From the NCBI GenBank assembly GCA_951406725.2, contig OX597838.1, forward strand, positions 39,122,001 through 39,186,000: DNA of 64,000 bases, written 5' to 3'. The stretch comes from Octopus vulgaris (lineage: Eukaryota). Under the pieces are notes generated by a model, which had not been told where the DNA came from, did not search any database, and saw nothing but the letters and a program-made list of their open reading frames with translations. Below are positions 30,271-45,935 of this stretch, piece by piece. The stretch's first letter is position 1; every line of letters starts with the position of its first letter. Made by a program: the position numbers and the translations under genes.

Positions 30271-30544
30271 TATGTCTCCCCCAGAAAACAAGTTAAGAAT
30301 CCTTTGAACGCTTGACAAATTTTTTTAACGTGAAGATTAATCATTTGGATCTGGTAACTGCCAACGAGTCTATAGTGTTCTTATCTTGAAATAAAAACCG
30401 TTTCCAGACTTCTGTCTAAATCTACCATTACCTAACACATAGCAGTTATAAAGATAGATAAATCGGAAAATTTTATAGTCGATGCACAAAAGCTGTTGGA
30501 TGCAAAACACATCAGCACAAGTGACCTTTATTTTCAAAGACTGG

Positions 30545-30933
30545 AATGGATGGAAGCACTCCGTCGGTTACGACGACGAGGGTTCCGGTTGATCCGAACA
30601 ACGGAACAGCCTGCTCGTGAAATTAACGTGTAAGTGGCTGAGCACTCCACAGACACGTGTACCCTTAACGTAGTTCTCGGGGATATTCAGCGTGACACAG
30701 AGAGTGACAAGGCCGGCCCTTTGAAATACAGGTACAACAGAAACAGGAAGTAAGAGTGAGAGAAAGTTGTGGTGAAAGAGTACAGCAGGGATCACCACCA
30801 TCCCCTGCCGGAGCCTCGTGGAGCTTTAGGTGTTTTCGCTCAATAAACACTCACAACGCCCGGTCTGGGAATCGAAACCGCGATCCTACGACCGCGAGTC
30901 CGCTGCCCTAACCACTGGGCCATTGCGCCTCCA
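30545..30933 (-). mobile_element. SINE family C, full length (tRNA-derived head)
   Basis: Head GTGGAGGCGCAATGGCCCAGTGGTTAGGGCAGCGGACTCGCGGTC..GGTTTCGATTCCC; TSD TTTCAAAGACT on both sides; near-identical copy at 52113-52500. Confidence 0.88.
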
Positions 30934-31279
30934 CTTTCAAAGACTAATCTAAGGATGGAAACCAGCACCTGTTATTCTCCTGATCGGTTTGCTTTGTCTT
31001 GCTATTGTTCCTTTTCTGGAATGAGATAAATAAATTTACAGTCCAGACGCAGGAGTGGCTGTGTGGTAAGTAGCTTGCTTACCAGCCACATGGTTCCGAG
31101 TTCAGTCCCACTGCGTGGCACCTTGGGCAAGTGTCTTCTACTATAGCTTCGGGCCAACCAAAGCCTTGTGAGTGGATTTGGTAGACGGAAACTGAATGAA
31201 GCCCGTCGTATATATATATATATATATATTATTTTAACCCTTTCGTTACTGTATTTCTGTTGAGATGCTCTGTGTTTCT

Positions 31280-32117
31280 TTTGAACTCAGAACGTAACGA
31301 TAGACGAAATACCTATTTTGTTACTACCCACAAGGGGCTAAACACAGAGAGGACAAACAAGGACAGACAAACGGATTAAATGGATTATATCGACCCCAGT
31401 GCGTAACTGGTACTTAATTTATCGACCCCGAAAGGATGAAAGGCAAAGTCAACCTCGGCGGAATTTGAACTCAGAACGTAACAACAGACGGCGTGCTAAC
31501 GGTTCTGCCAGCTCGCCGCCTTCATTTCCCTATACCGTGAGTTATATTTTTAGTTCAGGTGTACCGCCGAATTTTGAAAAGGAAACAAGTGTACCGTGAC
31601 TGAAAAAAGCTTGCGGAGCACCGGTATAAAGTAAAATTCCTTCCCGAATCACAATGACTCATAAAGCCGGTTTCCAAGTTTCCATAGCACGTATATTTAC
31701 CCTCCGGGATGAGACGACGGTCTGTTGCAAGGTTACTCGTTTTTGCCAGCTGAGGCAACGTAAAATGAAGTGCTTTGCTCAAGAACACAACGCGTCGCCC
31801 GGTCAGGAATCGAAACACAATCTTACGATCATGAATCCAATACCTAACCACTAAGCCACGCACCTCTAGCACCTTAGAGTCTCTTTCTCTTTCTCGTTTT
31901 TACTCGTTTCAGTCATTTGACTGTGGCCGTGCTGGAGCACCGCCTTTTAGTCGATCCAATCGACCCCAGGACTTATTCTTTGTAAGCCTAGTACTTATTT
32001 TATCGGTCTCTTTTGCCGAACCGCTAAGTTACGGGCACGTAAACACACCAGCATTAGTTGTCAAACGATGTTGGGGGGACAAACACAGACACACAAACAC
32101 GCACACACACACACATA

Positions 32118-32171
<54 letters not shown>

Positions 32172-32995
32172 CGTGTTTGTGTGTCTGTGTTTGTCCCCCC
32201 AACATCGTTTGACAACTAATGCTGGTGTGTTTACGTGCCCGTAACTTAGCGGTTCGGCAAAAGAGACCGATAAAATAAGTACTAGGCTTACAAAGAATAA
32301 GTCCTGGGGTCGATTGGATCGACTAAAAGGCGGTGCTCCAGCACGGCCACAGTCAAATGACTGAAACGAGTAAAAACGAGAAAGAGAAAGAGACTCTAAG
32401 GTGCTAGAGGTGCGTGGCTTAGTGGTTAGGGTATTGGATTCATGATCGTAAGATTGTGTTTCGATTCCTGGACCGGGCGACGCGTTGTGTTCTTGAGCAA
32501 AGCACTTCATTTTACGTTGCCTCAGCTGGCAAAAACGAGTAACCTTGCAACAGACCGTCGTCTCATCCCGGAGGGTAAATATACGTGCTATGGAAACTTG
32601 GAAACCGGCTTTATGAGTCATTGTGATTCGGGAAGGAATTTTACTTTATACCGGTGCTCCGCAAGCTTTTTTCAGTCACGGTACACTTGTTTCCTTTTCA
32701 AAATTCGGCGGTACACCTGAACTAAAAATATAACTCACGGTATAGGGAAATGAAGGCGGCGAGCTGGCAGAACCGTTAGCACGCCGTCTGTTGTTACGTT
32801 CTGAGTTCAAATTCCGCCGAGGTTGACTTTGCCTTTCATCCTTTCGGGGTCGATAAATTAAGTACCAGTTACGCACTGGGGTCGATATAATCCATTTAAT
32901 CCGTTTGTCTGTCCTTGTTTGTCCTCTCTGTGTTTAGCCCCTTGTGGGTAGTAACGAAATAGGTATTTCGTCTATCGTTACGTTCTGAGTTCAAA
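31280..32995. repeat. ~1.7-kb near-perfect inverted duplication
   Basis: 31280-32120 is the reverse complement of about 32155-32995, centred on a (TA)n; identical ORFs 31399..31599(+) and 32676..32876(-). Confidence 0.93.
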
Positions 32996-33428
32996 TTCTG
33001 CCGAGGTTGACTTTGCCTTTCATCCTTTCGGGGTCGATAAATTAAGTACCAGTTACGCACTGGGGTCGATATAATCCATTTAATCCGTTTGTCTGTCCTT
33101 GTTTGTCCTTTCTGTGTTTAGCCCCTTGTGGGTAGTAAAGAAATAGGTATTTCGTCTGTCGTTACGTTCTGAGTTCAAATTCCGCCGAGGTCGACTTTGC
33201 CTTTCATCCTTTCGGGGTCGATAAATTAAGTACCAGTTCCGCACTGGGGTCGATATAATCGACTTAATACCTATGTTTGTCCTTGTTTGTCCCCTCTATG
33301 TTTAGCCCATTGTGGGTAATAAAGAAATAGGTATAGGGAAATGAATTATATTCAGGTTGCACCGCGGCACTCCTAGCATCGTCTCGTGGCACACCAATGT
33401 GTCACGGCATACCGGTTGCGAAGCACTG
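32652..33428. mobile_element. hAT-type MITE containing a SINE B trimer
   Basis: TIRs CGGTGCTCCGCAA / TTGCGAAGCACTG; 8-bp TSD CTTTATAC / CTTTCTAC. Confidence 0.75.
32755..33329 (+). mobile_element. SINE family B, tandem trimer with TSD
   Basis: One head plus three ~183-bp body-tail units; TSD GGTATAGGGAAATGAA at about 32739 and 33330. Confidence 0.85.
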
Positions 33429-34158
33429 CTTTCTACTCTTTACTAGGGCGATGTAGCAATAGTAGTACGGGGTGGGGGATATGCGATGTAACAGCGCGTC
33501 GTTGGATCCCTAATGTGTTGGTGATACTCTACAACTCCTGGCGGAGAACATTTTTTGCACCATTCAAGCGACAACCCTCCAACTCATGGGTCTGTTGGGG
33601 CAATCGTTGTTAGTGGGGGTTTTACCGAGGTCGGAGAGTAAATGCTACCTGAACCTCTTTTAGTCGCCTTTTACGACACAGAAGAAACGTTGGGTCAATT
33701 CTTTGACATGCGCGTTCCCATATGGCACTAGAACAACGTGAAATGAAATGCTTTGCTCAAGAACACAACACGCCGTCCGATCCGGGAATTGAACTCATGA
33801 TCGGCAGTTCATGAGTGCATCACCCTAACCACTAGTCTATGCGCCTTCACTGGGGTGTTGTAGGTGGGTAGATTTATAGAATGTTGGGCTGATTGCCGTG
33901 TGATACTTTTTGTTCTTTGCCACCCGAATTCAAAATCCCACCAAGTAAAGCCACCTGGTCCACACACCGTTACAAACAGTCAAACCAGATTTCCAGTTTG
34001 AAGATAATCAGTCTCTCTCTCCTTCGTCCCCACCCACCAGTGTCTTGCGTGCCCTGTAAAGGGTCACAAGTATTGTTCTTTGTTCTTGAAGAGACGAAAT
34101 TATCCTTAGATAGATAGTCAGGTTCGAATGTTTGCCAGGTAACAGAGTTCACTTGAAG

Positions 34159-34548
34159 GAGTGGTTCTCGCCCGGGCTACATATGACCCCCGTGAGGGTG
34201 GCCATATAAGGGCTTTTGGAGCCCACGCAAGCAAAAGAGTAAATTGGGGATCCACAATAGTATTTTCAGGGATCCTGGAAAAATTTTGCTTTTGTTTTAT
34301 CTATTGCAAGAACAAGCTAGCTTTCCTTCTCACACATTTTACATAGTCTAACAGGTTTCATGCCACAGAAATATGTTCTCTCGGTACTGTTGCAAACCTA
34401 TACAAGTGAATGTGTGAAAAATAAAATAGGAATTTTGAAAGAAGTATCTATAAAACTAGGTTTTAACCATCGAATGTCTATGGGAGTCCACTAGAATGAA
34501 ATAGAAATCAAATGGGACCAAAGGTTGAAAAATGGTTGAGAACACTAG
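34159..34548. mobile_element. Decayed hAT-type MITE
   Basis: Ends GAGTGGTTCTC / TTGAGAACACTAG resemble CAGTGGTTCTCAA-type TIRs; no clear TSD. Confidence 0.5.
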
Positions 34549-34599
34549 CTTAAAAGCTTACCACGACAGAAAATTGTGGCGTTAGGTCTTCTGCTACCA

Positions 34600-35013
34600 T
34601 ATTCTATTTTACTCTTTTACTTGTTTCAGTCATTTGACTGTGGCCATGCTGGAGTACCACCTTTAGTTGAACAAATCGACCCCGGGACTTATTCTTTGTA
34701 AGCCCAGTACTTATTCTATCGGTCTCTTTTGCCGAACCGCTAAGTGACGGGGACGTAAACACACCAGCATCGGTTGTCAAGCAATGCTAGAGGGACAAAC
34801 ACAGACACACAAACATATACACACATACATACATATATATATATACATATATACGACAGGCTTCTTTCAGTTTCCGTCTACCAAATCCACACACAAGGCT
34901 TTGGTCGGCCCGAAGCTATAGCACATGACACTTGCCCAAGATGCCACGTAGTGGAACTGAACCCGGAACCATGTGGTTGGTTAGCAAGCTACTTACCACA
35001 CAGCCACTCCTGC
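34600..35013 (-). mobile_element. SINE family A
   Basis: Full family A sequence. Confidence 0.85.
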
Positions 35014-35864
35014 ACTCTTGTGGCAAAAAATTTGAAATTGTTATTAAAATGGGGTTCAAGGCGGTGGAATGGTAAAATTGTTAACACGCAGGATGAAATG
35101 GTTAGTGACGTCTGGTCTGTCTTTACGTTTTGGGTTCAAATTCCGCCGATGTCAGTTTTGCCTTTCATCCTTCCGAGGTCGATGAAATAACTACCAGTCG
35201 AGCAATAGGGTCGATGCAATCGACTATCCCCGCTCCCACCCACCCAAATTCCAGGCCTCGTGTCTGTAGTAGAAAGGATTATTTAATTGGGGTTTAAAGG
35301 TGACGACCTCGCAGAATTATAAGCGCTTCAGACAAAAATGCTCAGCGATATTTCTGCCGGATTTTTAGCTTCTGAATTCAAATTCCGCAACGGTTGACAT
35401 TGCCTGTCAACCTTTTGAGATCGATAAAAATAACCCCACCCCTCAAAATTACTGGTCTTAGTGCCAATGTAGAATTGTTAAATTGGAGACTGGAACATAA
35501 ATTGACATCAAATCTTGATGGAGGATTTTAATTTAGACCAGTCTAAAACAGGGAATTTGTATAAAAAAAACTAGGGGCCTAAGCTGGGATTTTGGGACAT
35601 AAATTAACTTGAAATATTGACGTAAGGTTTTAGTTAAGGTCACTTTAAAATGACGGGGGAGGTTCCTTCATAGAACTATGGGTTGATCTCAAAAGGGTTA
35701 AAATTGGTTATTCGACTACTATTTTCCCGTACAGAGGTGTGGTTTTTCAGTGAGATTTGACTACTATTTCAAGTATACAACGTGAACCACATAACAGGCA
35801 ACCTAACCCTCGAAGACTTGAGAATCTCACAAGCCAGAATGTGCATGTGCGTGGGTGGGTGCGT

Positions 35865-35911
<47 letters not shown>

Positions 35912-36118
35912 TGTGTGTGTGTGAGGGAGCGGGGGAGCGGTGCCTAAGGAAGTGTTGAAGAGAAGAGGTGATCAGAGGTGACTTTCGTGTGACAAAGAAT
36001 TTACCAATTTCTACGAGATAGAAGAACCACATTAAAGTGAGTTTCTATCTCGTATGGAATATGAATAGCTGCAGAAATTAATTTATTTGCGTTTGTAAAA
36101 AATAAAGTATTATATGTA

Positions 36119-36159
<41 letters not shown>

Positions 36160-36169
36160 TATATATATA

Positions 36170-36225
<56 letters not shown>

Positions 36226-36423
36226 CAGTATATATACATATATGTATGTATATATATACATATGCATATATGTATATTTATATATGTATATATATGTATA
36301 TATATGAATATATATGTATATATATATATATATATATATAAACACACATATATAGTTACATATAAATTAATGCTTATATATATGTACATGTATATATAAC
36401 ATATATGTATTTGAGTATGTATA

Positions 36424-36481
<58 letters not shown>

Positions 36482-36567
36482 AATATATAAATGTGTATAT
36501 GTATGTGTATATATTTGTTTATATATATATATGTATATGTATGTATGTGCGTGTGTGTGTGCGTGTG

Positions 36568-36598
<31 letters not shown>

Positions 36599-37312
36599 AA
36601 TCAGAGTGTGTGAAAGAGAAAGAGTTCTTCGCTTCCGTTGATTTTTGTTTTGCTTTTTTCCCATTTAAAAATTTTTTTTTCTTCTTCCAATTTCAGATTT
36701 ATTAAGTTAATTTAGACATTTCATAATTATTTGAAGTGTGTGTATATGCGTATATTTCTTGGTTAGCTGTATCTGTGCTGTGCGCGCGCGCGTGCGTGTG
36801 TATGTGCGTGCGTGCGGATTGTTCACGCGTTTGTGTGTGTGTGTGTATGTGTGAATGCCTATGCTTGTGTGTGTGTGTGTGTATACAGATATGCGTCTTT
36901 ATATGAGTGCATATATGTTCTTGTATCTGTCACTATCTCTTGGTCTATATGTTTAACGTTTATGTGCGTCTAATGAGTGTGCGTATGTGTGTGTATATAT
37001 ATATATATATATATTATATATATTATATAAATATATTATATATATATATATATATGTATAATATTATATTTTATAAATATATGTTTGTATATACGCGTAT
37101 ATATATACTCATATATATATACATACACATATGTATATATATATACATATATTAATATATATATATACGTACATAAACTTTTGTATATGTATATATACAT
37201 ATATATATATACACACACTTATACATATATATATGTATGTATATGTATACATATAAATATATATATATTTATATCTATATATGAATATGTTTATATATAC
37301 ACATGTGTATGT

Positions 37313-37404
<92 letters not shown>

Positions 37405-37583
37405 CATGTGTATATCTATGCATGTATGTATACGTAATGAGGTTGGGGTCTCAAAGCTTCCTTGCATGATAGGAATATCCCAACCAATCACTCGAACCCA
37501 TACCAGCCGACCGGATTATCTAAATGGCTGTTACATATACATATATATGCATACATACATACATACATACATATATAGTGTAC

Positions 37584-37641
<58 letters not shown>

Positions 37642-38289
37642 TATATACATACATACATATACATATATAAATATATATATATGGATATATATGCATATAT
37701 ATAGATATATATATACATATATACATATATACATATATACATATATACATATATACATATATGTGTGTGTATGTATATATACATATATATATATTTATTA
37801 TATTTATATATATGTGTGTGTGTGTGCATGTGTGTATATGACTAGCAGTATACGCGTGCCCCAAGATAAGTGGAACTGTCTATATTTGCATATTTGTATA
37901 TAACAATGCATGTGTGTGCCACTTTCTCGGATATTTTGCATACATAATCATATATGCACAGAAACACACACACACACACACACACACACACTTAGGCACA
38001 TACACACATATGTTCACACAAGCGCGCATGCGCACTCACATGTTTTGTCAGCGCAAAAACATGATGGCGGTATCAATCTGGCTGGTTAGTCATCAATCTG
38101 TCTCTTTCTCTAGGTATATATATGTGTGTGCAGGTGTATTTACACTGATGTTTGTGTATGTGTGTGTATATGTGTGTGTACGTATGTATGTATACATATA
38201 TGAATGAATATGCTTCTATGTATATGCATGTGTGTATATATATATACATATGCCCACAAACACATATATATACACATATATATATATAT

Positions 38290-38695
38290 ACGCAGGAGTG
38301 GCTGTGTGGTAAGTAGCTTGCTAACCAACCACATGGTTCCGGGTTCAGTCCCACTGTGTGGCATCTTGGGCAAGTGTCTTCTGCTGTAGCCCCGGGCCGA
38401 CCAATGCCTTGTGAGTGGATTTGGTAGACGGAAACTGAAAGAAGCCTGTCGTATATATGTATATATATATATGAGTGTGTGTATATGTCTGTGTGTCTGT
38501 GTTTGTCCCCCTGGCATTGCTTGACAACCGATGCTGGTGTGTTTACGTCCCCGTCACTTAGCGGCTCGGCAAAAGAGACCGATAGAATAAGTACTGGGTT
38601 TACAAAGAATAAGTCCCGGGGTAGATTTGCTCGACTAAAGGCGGTGCTCCAGCATGGCCGCGGTCAAAATGACAAACAAGTAAAAGAGTAAAAGA

Positions 38696-38698
<3 letters not shown>
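38290..38698 (+). mobile_element. SINE family A
   Basis: Full family A sequence inserted in (TA)n. Confidence 0.85.
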
Positions 38699-38778
<80 letters not shown>

Positions 38779-39121
38779 TGCGTGAGTGTATACATATAGG
38801 TACATATGCATATGTATACACACACATATACACACATATATATATGTGTATATACACATATATGTGTGTAAACTTACAAACAGACGTGTACATGGCTGTG
38901 TACATTGGCAGACACACATATATACGGAGACACCTCATATAATATACATAGTTAGGTGTATGTATACGCGTGTACGTGTGTGTGTGTGTGTATACGTGTG
39001 TGTGTGTATACGTGTGTGTGTGAGCGTGTAGAGAGAGAGAGGAGAGTGGGAGAGAAGGATGTATGCATGCATATTTGTTTACCCACGCATACACTTATTC
39101 ACAGGTACGCATATGCATGTG

Positions 39122-39158
<37 letters not shown>

Positions 39159-39373
39159 ATGCATATATACGTATAAGTATTCATATGTATAAATATGTAT
39201 GTATTATGTAATCACATACAGAGTAACAACTTCGAGTGCATGTGTGCATGCATACATATATATATATATGTATATATACATGTATGTATATATATATGTA
39301 TATATACATGTGTGTGTATATATATATATATATATATACATACATACTTTCATTCGTACATACATAGATACTG

Positions 39374-39495
<122 letters not shown>

Positions 39496-40076
39496 CACAT
39501 ACACACAACACACACACACATACATACATACATAAAAATATATATATACATACATAAACATACATACATACATATATATATATATACATATACAGATATA
39601 TATACAACGACAGATACATACATGCATACATGCATACGCGTATATATATACACACACACACATATATATATACATATATACATATATACATACATATACA
39701 TATATATATATAAACATACAGTTACATACACAAAGATAGATACATAAATGCATGCATGCATGCATACATACATACATACATACATACATACATACATACA
39801 TACATACACACATACATACATACATACATACATACATACATACATACATACATACGTAGGCATATACACCGATATAGAAGCAGATAGAGAGAAGAGTCGA
39901 GATAAACTCAAGCTATAAACATCAAAGACACAAAATTCATGACTACTTAATTCATACTTAATTTACTGAAATATAATCTTAATTTTATAGCTTCAAAATA
40001 ACCGAAAAGGAAATTGGAAAACAAAATTTATTAATGTCTATTTTCTTGCTTGCTCGTTTTTTTGGGGTTTTTTTTT

Positions 40077-40477
40077 ATCTTTTACTTGTTTCAGTCATTT
40101 GACTGCGGCCATGCTGGAGCACCGCCTTTAGTCGAGCAAATCGACCCCGGGACTTATTCTTTTTGTAAGCCCAGTACTTATTCTATCGGTCTCTTTTGCC
40201 GAACCGCTATGTGACGGGGACGTAAACACACCAGCATCGGTTATCAAGCAATGCTAGGAGGACAAACACAGACACACAAACATATACACACACATATATA
40301 CATATACATATATACGACAGGCTTCTTTCAGTTTCCGTCTACCAAATCCTCTCACAAGGCATTGGTCGGCCCGGGGCTATAGTAGAAGACACTTGCCCAA
40401 GATGCCACGCAGTGGGACTGAACTTGGAACCATGTGGCTGGTTAGCAAGCTACTTACCACACAGCCACTCCAGCGCC
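40077..40477 (-). mobile_element. SINE family A
   Basis: Full family A sequence; flanking direct repeat CTTGCTCGTTTTTTT. Confidence 0.85.
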
Positions 40478-40762
40478 TTGCTCGTTTTTTTTTTGTTTTT
40501 TTTTTCCGGCGACGTTTCGCTTTCACTGAGATTCATTTTCACCTTTGTGTTTTTGGAGCTGATGATAAAAGAGTCTTCGAAACGACTCGGGTATCTTCCA
40601 GAGAGAGGGCGGAGGAGAGATAAGGGAGAGAGAGAGAGAGAACAATATGAGCATGAAAGAAACACTAGGATCATTACATAACCGACCTGTTAAAAATAGA
40701 TGCCAAACCCTCCCAAAAGCACGCTATGTCTATCTCCTTGCTGAGGGATATGCATTTCCATT

Positions 40763-40997
40763 TAAGGCGGCGAACTGGCAGAAACGTTAGCGCGCCGGGC
40801 GAAATACTTAGTGGTATTTCGTCGGCCGTTGCGTTCTGAGTTCAAATTCCACCGAGGTCGACTTTGCCTTTCATCCTTTCGGGGTCGATAAATTAAGTAC
40901 CACTTACGCACTGTGGTCGACGTAATCGACTTAAACCATTTGTCTGTCCTTGTTTGTCCCTTCTCTGCTTAGCCCCTTGTGGGAAATAAAGAAATAG
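40763..40997 (+). mobile_element. SINE family B monomer with TSD
   Basis: Flanked by TATGCATTTCCA on both sides. Confidence 0.82.
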
Positions 40998-41107
40998 GTA
41001 TGCATTTCCACTAAGTGCTTCAATATGTGTTTCGTATTTTGTTGCTATCTTTGTTTTCATTATTGTTGTTCCAGTTGTACTGCAGTTGCTGCTGCTGCTG
41101 CTGCTGC

Positions 41108-41156
<49 letters not shown>

Positions 41157-41749
41157 GGTGGTGGTGGTGGTGGTGGTGGTGGTGTCAAGCAACAAGACAG
41201 GTAAGGGTGATTAGGTGATGGTCTAGGGGCTTAGGGGCGGGAGACCCCAGACCTTGGGAAAAAAAAAATTTTGGTCGTCTTGTTGTAGTCGAGGGCTCTT
41301 CGTTGACGCCCGACACCCCCGGGAGGTGGCCCTCGAAGTCGCTGGAAATAGAGATCTCCAGGTCCAAATTCTTGAACGGCTGCTGCTGCTGATGGTGTCT
41401 TCTTCTTCTTCTTCTTCTTGTAATTTGCCTATCATCCTTTCGGGGTCGATAGATTAAGTATCAGTTGAGTACTGGGGGTCGATCTAATCGACCGGTCCCC
41501 TCACCACAAATTTCAGGCCTTGTCCTATTACAGAAAGAATTATTATTTAAGGCGGCGAGCTTAGCACAATCGTTAGCACGCCGGGCGAAATGCTTAGCGG
41601 CATTTAGTCCATCTTTACGTTCAGAGTTCAAATTCTGCCAAAGTCGGCTTTGCTTTCGATGAAATAAGTACCAGCTGAGCACTGGGGTCGCTGTGATCAG
41701 CTACGCCGGTCCCAACAAATTTCAGACCTTGTGCCTTTAGGAGAAAGGA

Positions 41750-42068
<319 letters not shown>

Positions 42069-42830
42069 AATCAGGACTCACGCCATTAGCCACAAAGAAT
42101 AATCTCTAATTCGAGCCTACTCCAAGCTACTAAGAATGCGTGTGGCAACTTGAAGATCCACCCACCACACACGTTAGACTGCCGGTTGCATGGGCACGAA
42201 AGCTACGTTGTTATCCTCATTCCATAAACGGTGGCTTTTAAACGGGTGGAGAGCTGAACCATCCTGGGGTACAGAGGTTTCGCAATCTAGACTAGGGTCT
42301 GAAAGTTTACCACATCATAGTGGGTTACACCATGGTTCCTCTGCTTTGTGGCAGAAGTAGGAAGAAAGAGTGAGAGAAAGTCGTGGTGAAAGAGTACAGT
42401 GGGGTTCATCACCACCCCTTGCCGGAGCCTCGTGGAGCTTAGGTGTTTTTGCTCAATAGACACTCACAATGCCCGATCTGGGGATCGAAACCGCGCTCTT
42501 ACGACCGCGAGTCCGCTGCCCTAACCACTGGGCTATTGCGCCTCCACTGCTGTTGTTGTTGATGTTGTTATTGTTGTCGCTAAGCCCTTGGTCATTCCTG
42601 ATAGGGAAGACCTATGATGTAAGTCGTTCCAGTCGTGACCACTCTGCTTTAAATGTTGTTCAAACACAGTGTTTCATTCTTTCGATGAATGGACCACTGC
42701 AATCGACAAATCCTCTCTCTCCTCAAAATGGCTGGCTTCTTGCCTGAGTACTCGCTTGGCATATTCTTTAGAGTCAAAATGCTTTGCAGAACATCAAGCA
42801 GTCACTTATCGATCTAATATATCCTATCTT

Positions 42831-43632
42831 AAGGCGGCGAGCTGGCAGAAACGTTAGCACGCCGGGCGAAATTCTTAGCGGTATTTCGTCTGTCGTTACG
42901 TTCTGAGTTCAAATTCCGCACTGGGGTCGATGTAATCGACTTAATCTCTTTGTCTGTCCTTGTTTGTCCCTTCTATGTTTAGTCCCTTGTGGGCAATAAC
43001 GAAATAAGAAACATTAGCACGCCGGGTGAAATGTATAGTGGTATTTCGTGTGTCTTTACGTTCTGAGTTCAAATTCCGCTGAGGTCGACTTTGCCTTTCA
43101 TCCTTTCGGGGTCGATAAATTAAGTACCAGTTGTGTATTGAGGTCGATCAAATCGACTGGTCCCCTCCCCAAAAATTTCGGGCCTTATACCTAGAGTAGA
43201 AATGAATATATCCTATACTCTTTACTCTCTTTTACTCTTTTACTTGTTTCAGTCATTTGACTGCGGCCATGCTGGAGCATCACCTTTAATCGAGCAACTC
43301 GACCCCGAGACTTATTCTTTGTAAGCCCAGTACTTATTCTATCGGTCTCTTTTTGCAGAACCGCTAAGTGACGGGGACGTAAACACACCAGCATCGGTTG
43401 TCAAGCAATGCTAGGGGGACAAACACAGACACACAAACACACACACGCATATATATATATACATATATACGACGGGCTTCTTTCAGATTCCGTCTACCAA
43501 ATCCACTCACAAGGCTTTGGTCGGCCCGAGGCTATAGCAGAAGACACTTGCCCAAGATGCCACGCAGTGGGACTGAACCCGGAACCATGTGATTGGTAAA
43601 CAAGCTACTTACCACACAGCCACTCCTGCGCC
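42831..43632. mobile_element. SINE B composite (+) followed by SINE A (-)
   Basis: Family B at 42831-43205, family A at 43217-43632. Confidence 0.8.
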
Positions 43633-43920
43633 TATCTTTTTTTTTAATAGTATGTAATTTAAGAAAGATTTTTGCTTATTATTTTTAGCATCCAGGGTGA
43701 ATCACCAAGCTGTGGTTTCTGTCCGAGAGGTAATCTCATCATAAACATGTTTTTAAAACACAATATGTCGGAGTGAGGCGAACGTTACTGAGAAGCACCA
43801 GCTACACCAAAACGTTGGGCAATATGTTCCTGTGTGTCCTGCATATAGAAAAAAATAAACGGAATAGTCATGGCTGTAATATTTCTCATGATAGATTTGC
43901 TCGAACCACAGCAGCAACAG

Positions 43921-43962
<42 letters not shown>

Positions 43963-44362
43963 TTGCTGCTGCTGCTGCTGCTGCTGCTGCTGATATTATG
44001 ATTACTTCTTTCTACAGCTACTTCTACAACCATGATGTTATACCATCACTGATGAAGGCGTGTGGCTTAGCGGTTAGAGCGTCGGGCTCACAATCATGAG
44101 GTATTGAGTTCGATTCCATAAGGCAGCGAGCTGGCAGAATCGTTAGCACACTGGGAGAAATGCTTAGCAGTATTTCGTTTGCCGTTACGTTCTGAGTTCA
44201 AATTCCGCCGAGGTCGACTTTGCCTTTCATCCTTTCAGGGTCGATTAAATAAGTATCAGTTACGCACTGGGCTGATATAATTGATTTAATTCGTTTGTCT
44301 ATATATGTATATATATAGATATATACATTTATACACAGACACACACGCACATAATATATATT

Positions 44363-44414
<52 letters not shown>

Positions 44415-44529
44415 TGTATAAATCTTTATACACTCTTATATATAAAACTGTTATGTCTTATGACTTTTATTACGCATGCGAACCACAGGTAATGAAATAC
44501 TTTAATTTTTTACCCTCATAATTTACACA

Positions 44530-44607
<78 letters not shown>

Positions 44608-45040
44608 ATCAAGTAAAGGTAATAAACCTCATTAAGGGATCATGAATCCAATGAAGAAACTGCCTAGTTACCAATCTATTGAAGGATCAACTATTAGGTA
44701 ACCATATAAACCATGGTTCATATATTTATATATTTAATGAGTAAGGAGAAAATGGAGAGGTAATTAATAAAATTATTTATTAATTATAAAATATGACCAC
44801 ATCTCTGACAGCTGTTTCGATTCACAAATCCTTAGATTTTACGTAATTCATTGTAATTTATTTTATTTTATTTTCAATCTATTTATTTATATATAAGTAT
44901 TTTCTCTTACACAATGTTTATTTTCTTAATATTACCCTCACCCCTTAAGCGCGTTTCATAGCATATTTACTTCCGGTTTATTTAACGGAACGCAGTATGT
45001 CTGAAATTTTAAATTTTTAAAATTCTTTCCTATCTAATAG

Positions 45041-45094
<54 letters not shown>

Positions 45095-45246
45095 TACCTT
45101 AAAGGCTTGAAATAAATTTTCTAAAGGGATGTATGGATATATTTTGTATTTCTGATATTTTCTCTTTCCATATTATTCTAGACTTGCTATTTATTCATTT
45201 AATTACTTAAATTAAATTTTATTGCATTATTATTATTATAAACATA

Positions 45247-45310
<64 letters not shown>

Positions 45311-45935
45311 CATTATTTATGACTTAAATTTTACAACTTTAAGTTTTTCTGTTGCAGTATAATATTATATGGCATTATCTCTTATATAAAATCAGTTCTG
45401 TGTGTGTGCGTGTGTGTGTGTGTGTCTCTGTGTGTGTGTGTGTGTGAATGTGTGTGTGTGTGTGTGTGTCTTCTCGGATCTCGGGCATCCTCCATCCGAT
45501 TGCGCTCAAATTTGATATGTAGATACCGACGGTATCAGGGCGTGTATAAGTCTTGAAAAAATTACAAAAATCAATTCCAGGTGAGAATGCGATCGATAAA
45601 GCTGTTTTTGTCCTGCTTTTCTTCCGTCAACCTCTACATAACTGCACATTCCATTTTTTGCTGTTTTTGTACTGCTTAAAGGCACGTTTCTTTCCTGACA
45701 AGCTTACTGTTTAAACCATGTTTGTGTTCTCCAAGTCAACAGCCTTATCCATTACTGGTACTTTAAACTCTTCGGTTGCATATTTGTGTGAATAAAATCG
45801 TTTTTCTTTGGAATAGAAAAAAAGTCTATCTTTATTTCTTCTTTTGCTGGTGTCTCAAATTTAGATTTAATCAGTTTTTCTCAAAGAAAAGTTGTTTTGA
45901 GAAAATTTGGTTTAAATGTTTGACAACTCAGCATA

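Noticed and set aside
30850-30933. tRNA gene
   Set aside because: tRNA-like head of SINE C; it continues into the SINE body, lies within a TSD and lacks a proper acceptor stem.
32780-33329. CRISPR-like regular repeats
   Set aside because: Tandem SINE units with no unique spacers, in eukaryotic context.
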